Source: a virus. Taken from it: DNA of 64,000 nucleotides. This document shows positions 10,486 to 22,091 of this stretch, piece by piece. The notes below the pieces were generated by a model. It saw only the letters and a program-made list of their open reading frames with translations, did not search any database and was not told where the DNA came from. The DNA is taken from IMG/VR virus record IMGVR_UViG_3300000976_000011, positions 32,001-96,000 of that record; one strand, 5' to 3'. A program made the translations under genes and the position numbers. Position 1 is the first letter of the stretch. Every line of letters starts with the position of its first letter.

Positions 10486-10627
10486 GTTCATAGTCGAAGC
10501 CTATTTCTTTAAATGTTTTACCTATAATTTTAAGACCTAGAGCTTTAAGATATTTAGATTGACACTGGCTTCTTAAACAAATTATTTTATCTGAATTTTT
10601 ACACCATCTATCATCAGAATTAGCATG
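10475..10627 (-). pseudogene. internally deleted HNH endonuclease remnant
   Basis: SD AAGGAG + ATG give a short ORF; another frame encodes the WCKNS...IGKTFKEIGF C-terminus shared with 8438 and 48711; no HNH core. Confidence 0.7.
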
Positions 10628-10655
10628 TGTCAGCTCCTTATAAATATATTTAATA

Positions 10656-10711
10656 GAGGGACAGCAATTGTGCTCCATTGTTGAATTAAGCTGTAACTTA
10701 ATTCTAACCTC
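10656..10711. ncRNA. HNH-associated structured repeat element, copy 1
   Basis: GAGGGACAGCAAT..CTCC.TTGTT-hairpin-ACCTC; homologous copies at 19611 and 63126. Confidence 0.7.
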
Positions 10712-10747
10712 ATATAAATATTTATTAAAAATAACAAATTAAAAATT

Positions 10748-10987
10748 ATGAACTTAATAGAAGAATTGGAAGGAATTTTCGAAGTGGAAAATAATATCAT
10801 TTTAGATATCAACTTTGTAGGTTCTGAAGAAGATGCAATGAAAGTTGCTAAACAAAATGGTATTAAATTTAAAGGATCGAAAATGTCTGGTCCTAAAGAT
10901 ATGGTAATGAAATTTCTTACAAGCGATCAAAAAGTATTTAATATTGATGATTTAAAGAAAGAACAGCCAAATCTATTTAAAGGTTAA
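10748..10987 (+). CDS. small late protein downstream of uvsW
   Basis: Preceded by TATAAATA 10713-10720; N-terminal LIEELE recalls T4 internal-protein leaders (weak). Confidence 0.5.
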   Translation: MNLIEELEGIFEVENNIILDINFVGSEEDAMKVAKQNGIKFKGSKMSGPKDMVMKFLTSDQKVFNIDDLKKEQPNLFKG

Positions 10988-11008
10988 AAATAATTAATAT
11001 TTAAAATA

Positions 11009-11052
11009 TTCAAAAAGATTAAGTTATGTATAGCCGGCTTAATCTTTTTGAA
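11009..11052. terminator. long inverted repeat, probable bidirectional terminator
   Basis: TTCAAAAAGATTAAG...CTTAATCTTTTTGAA perfect stem. Confidence 0.6.
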
Positions 11053-11323
11053 AATAATTATATTATGCGAACAGTTTACATTTAATGAAAAATAGTATAT
11101 AATAAAAAAATTACAGCATTAATTATAAATTCTGATTTATAAAGTTAACTTTTCGATGGAACCGAAAAGAAGATTGGAACAATCTTTACATATTTATTTT
11201 ATATAATATAGATATTAAGAAAATCTATAAGAACCTTCTTATTATAATACAAAAAGGATCTAATGTATAATAAGAAATATAATAAAGCCAGATAAGGCTT
11301 AAAAGTCGATAAAAATAATAAGA

Positions 11324-11812
11324 ATGACTAAAAAGAAAAATGAATACTATATAGAACCTAAAGTCTTTATACCAGAACTTAAAGCTTGGAAAGAAGCTAG
11401 AGCTCTTGATCCTTCAGTACAGTGGAGCGATAGTTTATGTAAAAAGTTTATGAAGATTATTGAAGGTTTATCCCACCATAAAAGTTTTTCAGGCTATAGT
11501 TATATAGATGAAATGAAAGACGAAGCATTGTTTCATATTATGAAATATGGCCATAATTATAATCCCGATAAGTTAGATGATAAAGGAAGACCATATAATC
11601 CATTTTCTTATTATAATAGAATTGCTTGGCAAGCTTTTGTTTCTATCATTAATAAAGAAAAACATCAGCAAATGATTAAAGGTGAATATTTAAGAAAGAA
11701 TTATACTTTAGATAGCGAATTATTTCTTGATGGAGCTGAAGATCACACTCAAGCATTAGACATGATGGCAAAAATGTATGATGTAAAATCTAAAGAGACA
11801 GAAGATAAATGA
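11324..11812 (+). CDS. 55: late-transcription sigma factor gp55
   Basis: FSGYSYIDEMKDEA, NPFSYYNRIAWQAF..INKEKHQ; T4 synteny. Confidence 0.93.
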   Translation: MTKKKNEYYIEPKVFIPELKAWKEARALDPSVQWSDSLCKKFMKIIEGLSHHKSFSGYSYIDEMKDEALFHIMKYGHNYNPDKLDDKGRPYNPFSYYNRIAWQAFVSIINKEKHQQMIKGEYLRKNYTLDSELFLDGAEDHTQALDMMAKMYDVKSKETEDK

Positions 11813-12227
11813 AAGTAACTATAAAGAAAAGTATTAATTTAGAAATAAGTGGTAAGACCATTGAAATTTCAGAAGATGCAGCAAGAAATTTATTAGACCA
11901 ACTGGAAGATGTAATTAACGAATTGGATTATGAAGAAACAGAATTTGTTTTTAATTCAACAAAAATTAAATGGCCACCGGAGATTATATAATGAGATTAT
12001 TAGATTTAGAAACCGACATAGCTTTATATCATACTAATACTATTTGTGAGTTGATACGTGATAAGATTAATGAACAAAAGAAAGAAGTGTGTTATCCTCC
12101 TGAAGATTTCGAAGAGAAACTTCCTATGGATAACGAGATTATTATGAGTCTCATAGAGAATGAATTCAAAGAAGATTTCACTATTATAAAAAGAGCAGAA
12201 GACATTTTAATTAAATGGTAATACATA

Positions 12228-13304
12228 ATGACGAATAAAAAGGTCGTTATATTAGGCGACACTCATTTCGGATTTAAAAAAGCTTCAGATATATTTTCAA
12301 ATTATTTCGAAGACTTCTTAACAAATCAATTCTTTCCTTACTTGGAAGAGCACGATATTAAAGTAGTTATTCAATTAGGTGATCTTCTTGATAGCAGAAA
12401 ATATATTAATGCTAAAACTTTAAAATTTGTTAATGAAAAATATTTAGAAGAATTTGAAAAGAGAAAAATAACTCTCTATCAAATGGTAGGTAATCATGAT
12501 GTCTATTATAAAAATACCAATAAAATCAATTGGATAGATAACATACTAAGTTTTAGTAATTACGAATATGTCAATTTTTGTGATTCGTGGGAAACTTACG
12601 AGATATTTGGTGAGAAGTTTGATATTATTCCATGGATCAACGAAGAAAATGAATCTAAAATTTTTGACTTTATGGACAAGTCTAATTCTAAGTATCTATT
12701 TGGTCATCTAGAATTATCAGGTTTCGAGTTAACTCCTGGCCATTTTTCACAACATGGTCATTCTGTTAAACCATTTAAGAAATATGATAAAGTAGTTTCA
12801 GGACATTATCATATAAGAAGCAAGAAAGGTAATATTACATATGCAGGTATTCCTTATCAATTAACTTGGTCAGATTGTGACGATAAGAAAGGTTTCTGGG
12901 TTTTAGATGTAGAATCTAATAGAATGACTCATAAAGTTAACCCTAGAGCTATTTTTAAACGTATAGAATATGATGAAGACTTTATAGATATAAAAGATTT
13001 TGATTTTAATAGTTATGAAAATTCTTATGTTAAAGTATTTGTCAGGAACAAGAAGGATGATGCAAAATACAATGATTTCGTTACACGGCTTAATTCTATA
13101 GCAGTATATGATTTATCCATTATCACAAATAATGAAATCATAACTAACGATATAGATATTGAAGGTTTAGAAGTAGAAGACACTTTAACTATTCTTAGAA
13201 AATTTATTTTAAAGAATGTAAATGACAATATGAACTCAGATAATATAGTAAAACATGTAGAAAATTTATATAATGAAGGTCTAATTTTAATGAAGGATGT
13301 ATAA
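12228..13304 (+). CDS. 47: recombination endonuclease subunit gp47 (Mre11/SbcD-like)
   Basis: GDTHFG, LGDLLD, GNHD, GHLEL, SGHYH. Confidence 0.95.
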   Translation: MTNKKVVILGDTHFGFKKASDIFSNYFEDFLTNQFFPYLEEHDIKVVIQLGDLLDSRKYINAKTLKFVNEKYLEEFEKRKITLYQMVGNHDVYYKNTNKINWIDNILSFSNYEYVNFCDSWETYEIFGEKFDIIPWINEENESKIFDFMDKSNSKYLFGHLELSGFELTPGHFSQHGHSVKPFKKYDKVVSGHYHIRSKKGNITYAGIPYQLTWSDCDDKKGFWVLDVESNRMTHKVNPRAIFKRIEYDEDFIDIKDFDFNSYENSYVKVFVRNKKDDAKYNDFVTRLNSIAVYDLSIITNNEIITNDIDIEGLEVEDTLTILRKFILKNVNDNMNSDNIVKHVENLYNEGLILMKDV

Positions 13305-13997
13305 TGATTAAAGAATATACATCTAGTGCTATATTTGAGTATAGTAAAAAGCAAATTAAGTTCTTTGGGCCATATTCTATATTGGACATGAATCTAGCAG
13401 TTCTTAATATCTATAATTTAATTGTTAGTTTGTCTGATTTAGAATCATTTAAATTTGAGATAGATTCAGAAGAGTATAACTATATTGATATAGAGTATAA
13501 AATATTAGGATCAAAATTAACTATTATGTCGTTTTCTCCAGAATACTCAACTATTACGGAATACAATGAATAATCAAGAAATATTAAATTTGCCAATTAA
13601 AACCTGGTATGAGCCAGTAACTATTAGAGAATTCTTAAAAGATCTTTTAAAGGTTTTAATTGTTGAACAGGAATCTTTTTCAGGAAAACGACCTTTCGGA
13701 GATTCGGATTGGTTTTGGGTTTTATCTGAGCCTTTAGTAACGTATAAGCTTATAGATGGCAAATGCGACGATAATGGAATGATAGAAGATTTTAATCACC
13801 AAGAAGCCGAAGATTTATTTTTAAAACTTATAGATGCATTATGAAAAATAAAGAAACAGATATAGAGTATAATTTAATTAGAATGAATTTATGGAAAGAT
13901 GCATGGGTTTCAACAGCAAATTCTAGCTCATGCCGACTAACAGAAACTGCTACAAAATATGCTGATATAGCATTAACAGAGTTCGATATAAGATTTC

Positions 13998-14528
13998 CTA
14001 AGAATAGTATCTTTCCGGATACTTTGAATAATATTTAGCAAAAGTTTTATCATACTTGTAAAAATCGCGGTATGCCTGTACAGGATCATTATTATGATAT
14101 TTTTCAGGCATACATTGCGGAAAGTGAGTAATACCTTTATCCTGTAGTGAATCTGGAGCATAAGCCAATATATCTATTAGTTTAGTTTCACTAAGATGAT
14201 CGTTATTAAACCGCCTGCGGAACTCTTTACATAATTCGCTCCACATTTCATACATAAATTCGTAATTTGCTTTTGATTCTCGAACCCAAATAGCACTTGG
14301 ATGATTTACGTGAGTGGCTTTATATAATACATTTTCAAGAGCTTTATCAGGATGTTTCCACCGTTTAATTTTACGGCCTGATGAATCGTCAATGTATAAT
14401 TCGCCATCAAGCATACGATGAGCTGTAGACATCATTTGAGCATATTCAATAGGCATTTTTAAAACGTGCTCATTACAATGCATTTGCGCAGCTTTAATGG
14501 GATCTTGGTGTAATAAGAAAATGTTAAT
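13998..14528 (-). CDS. denV: pyrimidine-dimer DNA glycosylase (DenV-like); start extended to ATT at 14528
   Basis: (M)NIFLLHQDPIKAAQMHCNEHVLKM, HVNHPSAIWVRES..NY, PQCMP..Y...DPVQAYR..Y. Confidence 0.75.
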   Translation of the reverse strand: MNIFLLHQDPIKAAQMHCNEHVLKMPIEYAQMMSTAHRMLDGELYIDDSSGRKIKRWKHPDKALENVLYKATHVNHPSAIWVRESKANYEFMYEMWSELCKEFRRRFNNDHLSETKLIDILAYAPDSLQDKGITHFPQCMPEKYHNNDPVQAYRDFYKYDKTFAKYYSKYPERYYS

Positions 14529-14589
14529 GTTCTTTCTCCATAATAATCTTTAATTTATAAATATCACTATAAACCAAAAGATAACAAAT

Positions 14590-15216
14590 ATGAATAGACA
14601 TTTAAAAAGATATAATAAACTTATAGAATTTTTTAAAAATAATCCTAGAGACGGTCATTGCGAACTACATCATATTATACCTAAATGTATGAGTGGAACG
14701 GATGATAAAAATAATTTAATATTATTACCAACCAAGGCTCATTTTATTGCTCATTACTTACTTCATAAAGCATATCCAGATAATATAAAATTATCTCAAG
14801 CTTTTTCTATGATGTGCGTAAATAACAAAAGTCAAAAAAGAAGAAATACAGGAAAACTTTATGAAATTTCTAAAATAGCTAGATCTAATGCATTGAAAGG
14901 GGTTCCTAGACCTGAATGGGTAAAAGAAAAACTCAGAGTTCCTAAAAAGTCAAAAAAGAATTATATTGGTAGAAAACTATCAAAAGAAACTAAAGATAAA
15001 ATATCTAAAGCTAACAAGGGTAAAGCATTTTCTGAAGAACATAAAAAGAATTTAAGAATCTCAATGGAAAAAGTTTATCAAAAAAGAACAGAAAAAAGAA
15101 ATACAAAGGCTAAATCCTTTCAAGCTCTTTTTGATCAATTTGAAGGAACAAAGAAAGAATTCGCTAAAAGCCAACATGTAAATTATAGTACAATGAAAGG
15201 ATATTTGAGAAAATAA
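14590..15216 (+). mobile_element. HNH homing endonuclease with NUMOD3-like repeats
   Basis: ELHHIIPKC..NLILLPTKAHFIAH; TATAAATA at 14556-14563. Confidence 0.85.
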
Positions 15217-15906
15217 AAATAATTAGATATGATAGTATACTTCAACTAAAAAGAGGTTTATAATGATTGAATGGCCAAAAGAATATGTTGTAGACATTGA
15301 GAAGCCACCTATAGGGCCTCCAAATAGAGAACAATATTGTGGTATATTTTCATCAGGTGAAACTTCTGCATCTATTTTACAGGGTAAAAAGTGGAGTAAA
15401 TATATAGATGAATATCGAGATGCTCTCTATAATGATAAAAATGAGAGAATTTTACCAAAACTAGGAAAATTAGATTTAGAATGATAAAAGATAAAGAATG
15501 TATATTATTTTTCGCTTTCAGATATTCTTTAAAAAGACAAACTTATGCACCTAGCGTAGTTTGTGAAGAATTATTGAATTGTTGGCAAGATTTAAGTCAT
15601 AACGCTAAATTATCTATTTACAAAGAAATTAAAGATGATTATGATGATTTAGATTATATTAATAAAAAGATTTGGGATCAAATAATAGAAAAATATGAGT
15701 CAGAAATTAAATAGTGAGCATCCTGTTTTCAGTATGAGTAAATATGTTAAATCGGAAGATTTATATAAAGATAAAGCAGAATATTATGAGAAAGAATATA
15801 TTAAATGTTTAGTATTATTAAATAAAATTGAAGCGAACGTAGATAGATATTCTCAAGAGGGTGTTTATATTAAAACTTTAATAAGAGAATCATTCGAGGA
15901 TTAATT

Positions 15907-17619
15907 TTGTACATAAAATTTGAGAAGATATCATATAAGAATCTTTTATCAGTAGGCAACAATCCAGTAGAATTAAATTTTTTAGAAGCTCCGACCACAT
16001 TATTATTTGGCAAAAATGGTAATGGTAAATCTTCTATTATTGAGGCTATTCATTTTGCTCTTTATGGTAAAGCATTTCGGAAAATCGTTAAGAATCAATT
16101 AGTTAATAATGTTAATAAGAAAAACTTATTAGTTGAGTTGTGGTTTTCCATTGGCCAAAAAAGCTATAAAATAGAAAGAGGAATACGACCTAATATTTTT
16201 AATGTATATTGTAACGGTGAAAAATTAGATAACGACGCCTCCGCCGTCGATTTTCAAAAAGAATTAGAATTCACTATTCTTAAAATGACTCGCGAAACCT
16301 TTAGACAAATCGTCGTATTAGGTTCTACTTCTTATGTTCCATTTATGAGACTTAATAATCGCGATCGAAATTTAATTATCGAAGATCTTTTAGATATTCA
16401 AATATTTTCTAAAATGCTTATAGTTCTTAAACAGAAATTATCTCTGAATAAAAGAAGTTTAATAGACATCAATCACTCCATTGAACTTACAACTAATAGT
16501 ATAGTACATACGTCTGATCATATTGATAAAATTCAAGACAATAATGATAAATTAAAGAAAGATAATCAAAAACAAATTGATAATATTAAATCTAAATTAA
16601 ATAGATATACAAACGATAAAGAAAAGTTAAATCAGATGCTTATAGATAATGCACTTGATGATAATATTTTAGAAGAAAAAAGACAAGTTAGACAAGAAAT
16701 AGTAAATGCTAATATTTCTATAAAGAGTAACCTTAAAGAAGTTAATAAGCTTCTTGATTTCTTTGAGCACCAGGCTACATGTCCGACCTGTCAACAAGAT
16801 ATAACTGAAGAAACTAAAAAAGAAAAATTATTAGAGTTAGAATCTAAATCTTCAATGATGAAAGGCCGCTTGGACAAAAATAAAACCTTTGTATCTAAGG
16901 CTGATAAAAATATAGCAAAATATGAAGAACATACTAGAAAACTTGAAGAGCTTGCTAAATCTATAGAAGCCTTAACTATAAAAATTTCTCAAGAAAAAGC
17001 TCTTTTAAGAAGAGTTGATTCGGTAGTTGAGATAGATAATTCTGAATCTATTAAAAATTTAAAAGATTTGAATGTCGAGTTAAAGAAATTTATCAAGAAG
17101 CAACAAGAAATTAGTAAGTTTATAGAAGAATATCAATTTATTCAAGAGATTTTAAATGAAAATGGTATTAAGTCTTCTATTATTAAGACATATTTACCAA
17201 TTATAAATAAAATTATACAAAAGTATTTACAAATACTTGAATTTGATATAGAATTTGAATTCGATGAAACATTTGCTGAAAGAATTAAATTCGCAGGACG
17301 CGAAGATGTTCAGTATTTTGCATTATCTGAAGGTCAAAAACTAAGACTTGATTTATGTTTATTATTTACTTTTCGTGATGTCAGTAATCTAAAAAATTCT
17401 ACTTCTACAAATTTATTAATTTTTGATGAAATCGGCGGGAGTTCTCTGGATTCTGAAGGTATGGATTCTTATCTGCGTATTGTTTTTGAAGACGCTAATA
17501 AAGGAAGTAATATTTTAATTATTAGTCATGATAATTATATGCAGACGAATGATGTTCTAGATAGATCATTAGAATTTCGTAAAGATGGAACTTTCACCGA
17601 ACTATTACAAGAAAAATAA
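15907..17619 (+). CDS. 46: recombination endonuclease subunit gp46 (Rad50/SbcC-like ATPase)
   Basis: GKNGNGKS Walker A, CPTC zinc hook, LSEGQK, LIFDE. Confidence 0.95.
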   Translation: MYIKFEKISYKNLLSVGNNPVELNFLEAPTTLLFGKNGNGKSSIIEAIHFALYGKAFRKIVKNQLVNNVNKKNLLVELWFSIGQKSYKIERGIRPNIFNVYCNGEKLDNDASAVDFQKELEFTILKMTRETFRQIVVLGSTSYVPFMRLNNRDRNLIIEDLLDIQIFSKMLIVLKQKLSLNKRSLIDINHSIELTTNSIVHTSDHIDKIQDNNDKLKKDNQKQIDNIKSKLNRYTNDKEKLNQMLIDNALDDNILEEKRQVRQEIVNANISIKSNLKEVNKLLDFFEHQATCPTCQQDITEETKKEKLLELESKSSMMKGRLDKNKTFVSKADKNIAKYEEHTRKLEELAKSIEALTIKISQEKALLRRVDSVVEIDNSESIKNLKDLNVELKKFIKKQQEISKFIEEYQFIQEILNENGIKSSIIKTYLPIINKIIQKYLQILEFDIEFEFDETFAERIKFAGREDVQYFALSEGQKLRLDLCLLFTFRDVSNLKNSTSTNLLIFDEIGGSSLDSEGMDSYLRIVFEDANKGSNILIISHDNYMQTNDVLDRSLEFRKDGTFTELLQEK

Positions 17620-17752
17620 TGACTGAAGAGCCTAATTTTGTAGATTTAAAACTACATGATGCAGTAGAAAGATTTCTGGTAAATTCTATTGGAAAGAATA
17701 GAGAAAATTTAGAGAAAGCTAAAAAGCATTTGAATAATATAGAAAATACATT

Positions 17753-18298
17753 ATGAGAAAAACAATTTATTTTGATATGGATGGAACTTTAGCTGCGTAT
17801 CATCAACATATAGAATCTTTAGGAGTTGATTTAGAATCTATTACAACAGAAGAGGATTACGAAGAAAAAATCATTTTGCCTCATTTTGGTTCAGATATAT
17901 TTTTAAATCTTAATCCTCTTCCATTACTTAGTTATTTAAAGGAATGGTATGAAGAAACAACTTATTCTAAAACTAATATATTAAAGAAAAATATAGCATT
18001 TGTTAGTTTTGTTGGTCATCATAAGCATAATTTAAATTCTATTAAAATGAAAAGATTATGGTTGGAAAAAAATGGTCTAAACCGCATGGGTGAATTTATT
18101 CCACTGATTGGCCAATATGAAGATAGAGCATTATTAGCAGATAAAAACAGTTTACTTTTTGATGACTGTGAGTATACAATAGAACTCTTTATAAAAAATG
18201 GTGGTTAAGGAGTGACCGTACACCCAGATGTAACTGAAGTTACAGAAGAAGGATACGAAAAATTTAAAACAATAATTAATAACTTTTTGGAAAATTAA
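17753..18298 (+). CDS. HAD-family 5'(3')-deoxyribonucleotidase-like protein with an in-frame TAA at 18206-18208
   Basis: FDMDGTLA and LLFDD motifs; frame continues GVTVHPD... for 29 codons after the stop. Confidence 0.65.
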
Positions 18299-18301
18299 AA
18301 T

Positions 18302-19000
18302 ATGAAATTAACAGCAGACTTATTGTCGAAGCTAACCAAATTATCTAGAATCAATAATAGCATTGTATTAACTGAAGGTAATGTATTAGGTGTAAAACAA
18401 ACTGATGCTCATGTAGCAGATGTGATTTTAGAAGAGGCTATCCCAGCAGAAGCAGCAATTTATGATTTACCGCTCTTCATTAAGACTCTAGGATTATTCA
18501 ATGTTGATAATACTAAGTTAGAATTTTCTGATTCTAGAATCATTATTAAGTCAAAATCACAGAAAGCGTCTTATCTATTAACTGAAAAGCGCTTAATAGA
18601 CTCATGTGCGCCTTCTGCTTCAGTTCAGCAAGTAGCTTCTTCTGGTAAATTAGGTGAAGAACTTTTATCTTTTGAACTATCAGGAGAATTACTGGCTCAA
18701 ATTACTTCAAATGCTAAAACACTTGGTTTAGATCATATTTCTTTTGCTATGAAACAAGGTGTTCTTACAGTAACTATTTGTGATAAAAATAACCCAGGTG
18801 AAAATAGTATCGAAACTGTGGTAGCACAAGCTGATTCTCCAGAATTTGAATATGTGTTTTTAACTGAAGATTTCATGAAAATTCCAGCATCTATTTACAA
18901 TATGACATTCTATAAAGATGTAGCTTCGTTTACTCTTATATCAGATAATTTCAATATGTTCTTATGTGCAGACGCGGAATTCACAACTAAGGTTACTTAA
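18302..19000 (+). CDS. 45: sliding clamp gp45
   Basis: MKL...INNSI, AIYDL..F; position between 46 and 44. Confidence 0.88.
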   Translation: MKLTADLLSKLTKLSRINNSIVLTEGNVLGVKQTDAHVADVILEEAIPAEAAIYDLPLFIKTLGLFNVDNTKLEFSDSRIIIKSKSQKASYLLTEKRLIDSCAPSASVQQVASSGKLGEELLSFELSGELLAQITSNAKTLGLDHISFAMKQGVLTVTICDKNNPGENSIETVVAQADSPEFEYVFLTEDFMKIPASIYNMTFYKDVASFTLISDNFNMFLCADAEFTTKVT

Positions 19001-19580
19001 TACTCTTACAATTATCAAAATGATATCTTGTCATATTAGGCCCTGCTCCTTCTTTGTTACAATTAGGACAGGTAATTTTTTTAAATGGTTTACTTCTAGC
19101 TTTTGAAATTTTATCTTTAGTTTCTTTAGAAAATACTCTGTTTTTCATTTTAAGAATGCTTTCTTTAGAGTGCTCGCGCCCATACATAGGATTATTTTTA
19201 CCAGAATTATTATGGCTCATTTTACTCCTAGTTTCAATTGAAAGTATTTTTTCTGATAATATCTTAGAATGTTGTATTTTTAAGAAAGCATATAATTCTT
19301 TATCTATGATTTTATTGCTTATTCTAGACATCAAATTCCAAGCATAGATCATCTTTATTTTATCTTTTCCATCAGTAAAATAAGGAAGTAATTCGTGAAC
19401 TCTATAATGTTCCTTAGCGGTAAGTAGAACTAAGTTATCAGGATCATTGGATCCGCCTAATGATCTAGGAACTATATGGTGCTTTTCATAGTAAACTTCT
19501 TTAGATTTAATTCTTTCTTGTTTCTTAGCTTGGCTTATTATGTTATAATATTCATGATAAAATTTATTTTCAATAAACAT
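18993..19580 (-). mobile_element. HNH homing endonuclease (NUMOD3 + C-terminal zinc motif) inserted between 45 and 44
   Basis: EKHHIVPRSLGG..NLVLLTAKEHYRVH; NPMYGREHS; CPNC...RYHFDNCK. Confidence 0.88.
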
Positions 19581-19610
19581 ATTTAGTTACTCGTAATAAA
19601 TAAAAATTAT

Positions 19611-19669
19611 GAGGGACAGCAATGTGTTACTCCGTTGTTGGATAATACTTCCAATATTAACCTAACCTC
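19611..19669. ncRNA. HNH-associated structured repeat element, copy 2
   Basis: Same core as 10656 and 63126, flanked by convergent AATAAATA. Confidence 0.7.
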
Positions 19670-19685
19670 TAATAATTATTTATTA

Positions 19686-20633
19686 ATGCTTAAACAAACA
19701 AAAGACCCACTTATGGATATGGTCTGGTCGCAAAAACATAGACCAGAAAAATTAAAAGATATAGTTCTTCCAGATTCTTTACGAACAGTTTTAGATAAAA
19801 CCGTGGAAGACGGTGAAATACCAAATTTTTTATTTTATAGTAATTCGGCAGGAGTAGGAAAAACTACTGTAGCGCAAGCTTTAGCAAGTGAATTAGATGC
19901 TTCTGTTTTAACTATCAACGGTTCTTTAGATAAAAATATTGATACGCTTAGAGGAGAAATATCCAAATTCTGCTCTGCATTTGATCCAGATGGTAGGCGT
20001 AAGTTGGTACTAATTGATGAGTCTGATTATTTAAATCCGAACTCGACCCAGCCAGCACTTAGGCATTTTATAGAAAAATTTTCAACAATGGCTTCATTTA
20101 TATTTACTTGTAATTATGCAAATAAATTAATACCCGCTCTTAGAAGTAGATTTGTTCAACGATCTTTCGATTTTGAAAATAAAGATAAAAATTCATTAAT
20201 GATGCAAATGCTTGATAGAGCTTGTTATATATTAGATGAAGAAGAAGTAAAATATGATAAGAAAATTGTTGCTCATTATGTAAAGAGTAATTATCCTGAT
20301 TTTAGAAGTTGTATTAATGCTTTACAAATAGCAGCTAAATCTGGACCCATCGTTAAGGTTATTGAGACTCAAAAAACTGAAATTGATAAATTATTAACAA
20401 TAATTAAAAATAAAAAGTTTAAAGAGATGAGATCTTGGTGTGCGGAAAACCATACTCTTGGTATGCCATGGTTAGCTGATAAAATCTATAAAAATCTAGA
20501 TAATTTGTTTGAACCGAGCGCACAACCATTGGCTATTGCATTTCTGGCTGATTATAGTTATAAATCAGGATTTGCTGTAAGTATGGAAATTAATATGGCT
20601 GCATGTTTAAGCGAAATATTTATGGAATGTTAA
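19686..20633 (+). CDS. 44: clamp loader large subunit gp44 (probable start 19686)
   Basis: WSQKHRP, AGVGKTT, IDESD, IPALRSR, YPDFR. Confidence 0.95.
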   Translation: MLKQTKDPLMDMVWSQKHRPEKLKDIVLPDSLRTVLDKTVEDGEIPNFLFYSNSAGVGKTTVAQALASELDASVLTINGSLDKNIDTLRGEISKFCSAFDPDGRRKLVLIDESDYLNPNSTQPALRHFIEKFSTMASFIFTCNYANKLIPALRSRFVQRSFDFENKDKNSLMMQMLDRACYILDEEEVKYDKKIVAHYVKSNYPDFRSCINALQIAAKSGPIVKVIETQKTEIDKLLTIIKNKKFKEMRSWCAENHTLGMPWLADKIYKNLDNLFEPSAQPLAIAFLADYSYKSGFAVSMEINMAACLSEIFMEC

Positions 20634-21072
20634 AATGAAAGTAGAATTAATTATAAATGATAAAAATTATACAGGAATATCTTTTGCACATGAATTTTAC
20701 TGAGTTTAATGTAGATGATTTATATGATAGATCAAGAGCCGGTAAAGAATTTGAGAAAATGATAACCACTGAAGTTGTAATGAAATATAAATATAGTGAT
20801 TTAGATCGTAGGGTTTTTACAATACTATTTGAAAAAGAATTAGATCAATTTTTAAGAAAAGAGGCTAAATATGGAAGTAAATAAAAAAGAAAAAAGAAAA
20901 GTATTGATAAAATACAAATTATTTGAATCTGAAGTAGTTCGAACTGCAACTTTTTTCGATAATGATAGATTATATTTAGCAATATCTGAAGGTTTTTGGG
21001 TAACATCTTATCACAATAGAGCATTAGGTTTTAATGAAAGATCAGATTATGTTCTTCCAAAAAATATCTTGA

Positions 21073-21618
21073 GTGTTTATGTCCCAGATAGTTAAAAATA
21101 AAGATGGAACTATTAACTGTATAAGAGATAAATCGTCAGGAACTGAAATTAAACCTGAAGATTTAAATTTATCTAATAAGCATAATAAGATTAATGTACA
21201 ATTACTTAAAGATGCTTTAGAATATGAATTATTTCCTCCTGTAAAGCCAGGACTTTTTGATTTATTAAACGATATAAGTTCTGGTTCAGGCGATCTAATT
21301 AATGGTAATGAAAAAACATATTCGCCATTTGTTATCAATAATTTATTATCTTATTCTAATGATTGTATATTTCACGTTAATGAAATGAATCTACGTGGCT
21401 CGATCGATGGAAAATATCAGTATAAATATTTAAGTGGATCTGTTAGAAAAAAGAAAAGATTTAATAGAACCCATAAAGTTACTAAAGAAGAAGATGTAGA
21501 AATTATTTCTAAAATATATCATCTTAGTTACAGAAAAGCGGCCCAAATTTTAGATATTGTTTATCAAGAACTTGGAGAATTACCAAAATATTACAAAGAC
21601 TTATATAAAAAATTATGA
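21073..21618 (+). CDS. 62: clamp loader small subunit gp62 with N-terminal extension
   Basis: LFDLLNDI, YSPFVINNLLS, NEMN, QYKYL..SVRKKKRF. Confidence 0.85.
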   Translation: MFMSQIVKNKDGTINCIRDKSSGTEIKPEDLNLSNKHNKINVQLLKDALEYELFPPVKPGLFDLLNDISSGSGDLINGNEKTYSPFVINNLLSYSNDCIFHVNEMNLRGSIDGKYQYKYLSGSVRKKKRFNRTHKVTKEEDVEIISKIYHLSYRKAAQILDIVYQELGELPKYYKDLYKKL

Positions 21619-22016
21619 TAGAAGCCCCAAGATGGTCTCTAGAAGACGCCATCGAAATTAAATTTAATGATGAAGAAAACTTCTTAAAAATTGCCGAAAC
21701 TTTAACAAGGATAGGAAATCCTAATAAAAATAAAGAATTATCTCAATTATCGCACCTATTACATAAAAAAGGAAAGTATTATATAATCCACTATAAAGGT
21801 ATGTATGCTTTAGATGGTAATTATTCTTTTGATTATGATATGGAAGATGTTGAAGCTCAAAACAAGATTGCGAAATTAATCGAATCTTGGGGCTTAGCAG
21901 AAATCATCGATAAACATAAAGTAAATCAAACCGACGATGTATTCGTTAAAGTTGTACCTTGGAAAGATAAAAATAATTGGACACTGATACCACAATACAA
22001 ATTTGGCGCCAAATAA
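21615..22016 (+). CDS. regA: translational repressor RegA
   Basis: FLKIAETLTRIG, HLLHKKGKYYIIHYK, W.LIPQY. Confidence 0.93.
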   Translation: MIEAPRWSLEDAIEIKFNDEENFLKIAETLTRIGNPNKNKELSQLSHLLHKKGKYYIIHYKGMYALDGNYSFDYDMEDVEAQNKIAKLIESWGLAEIIDKHKVNQTDDVFVKVVPWKDKNNWTLIPQYKFGAK

Positions 22017-22091
22017 ATAGAAAGCGACAAGGAGAACTGATTGTTTTAGTCTTTCTCTTCTAGTCGTTTTTACATAAAATAAGGTTATATA

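Noticed and set aside
19635-19685. N-terminal extension of gp44 in the ORF track
   Set aside because: It runs through the structured repeat element; ATG 19686 fits better
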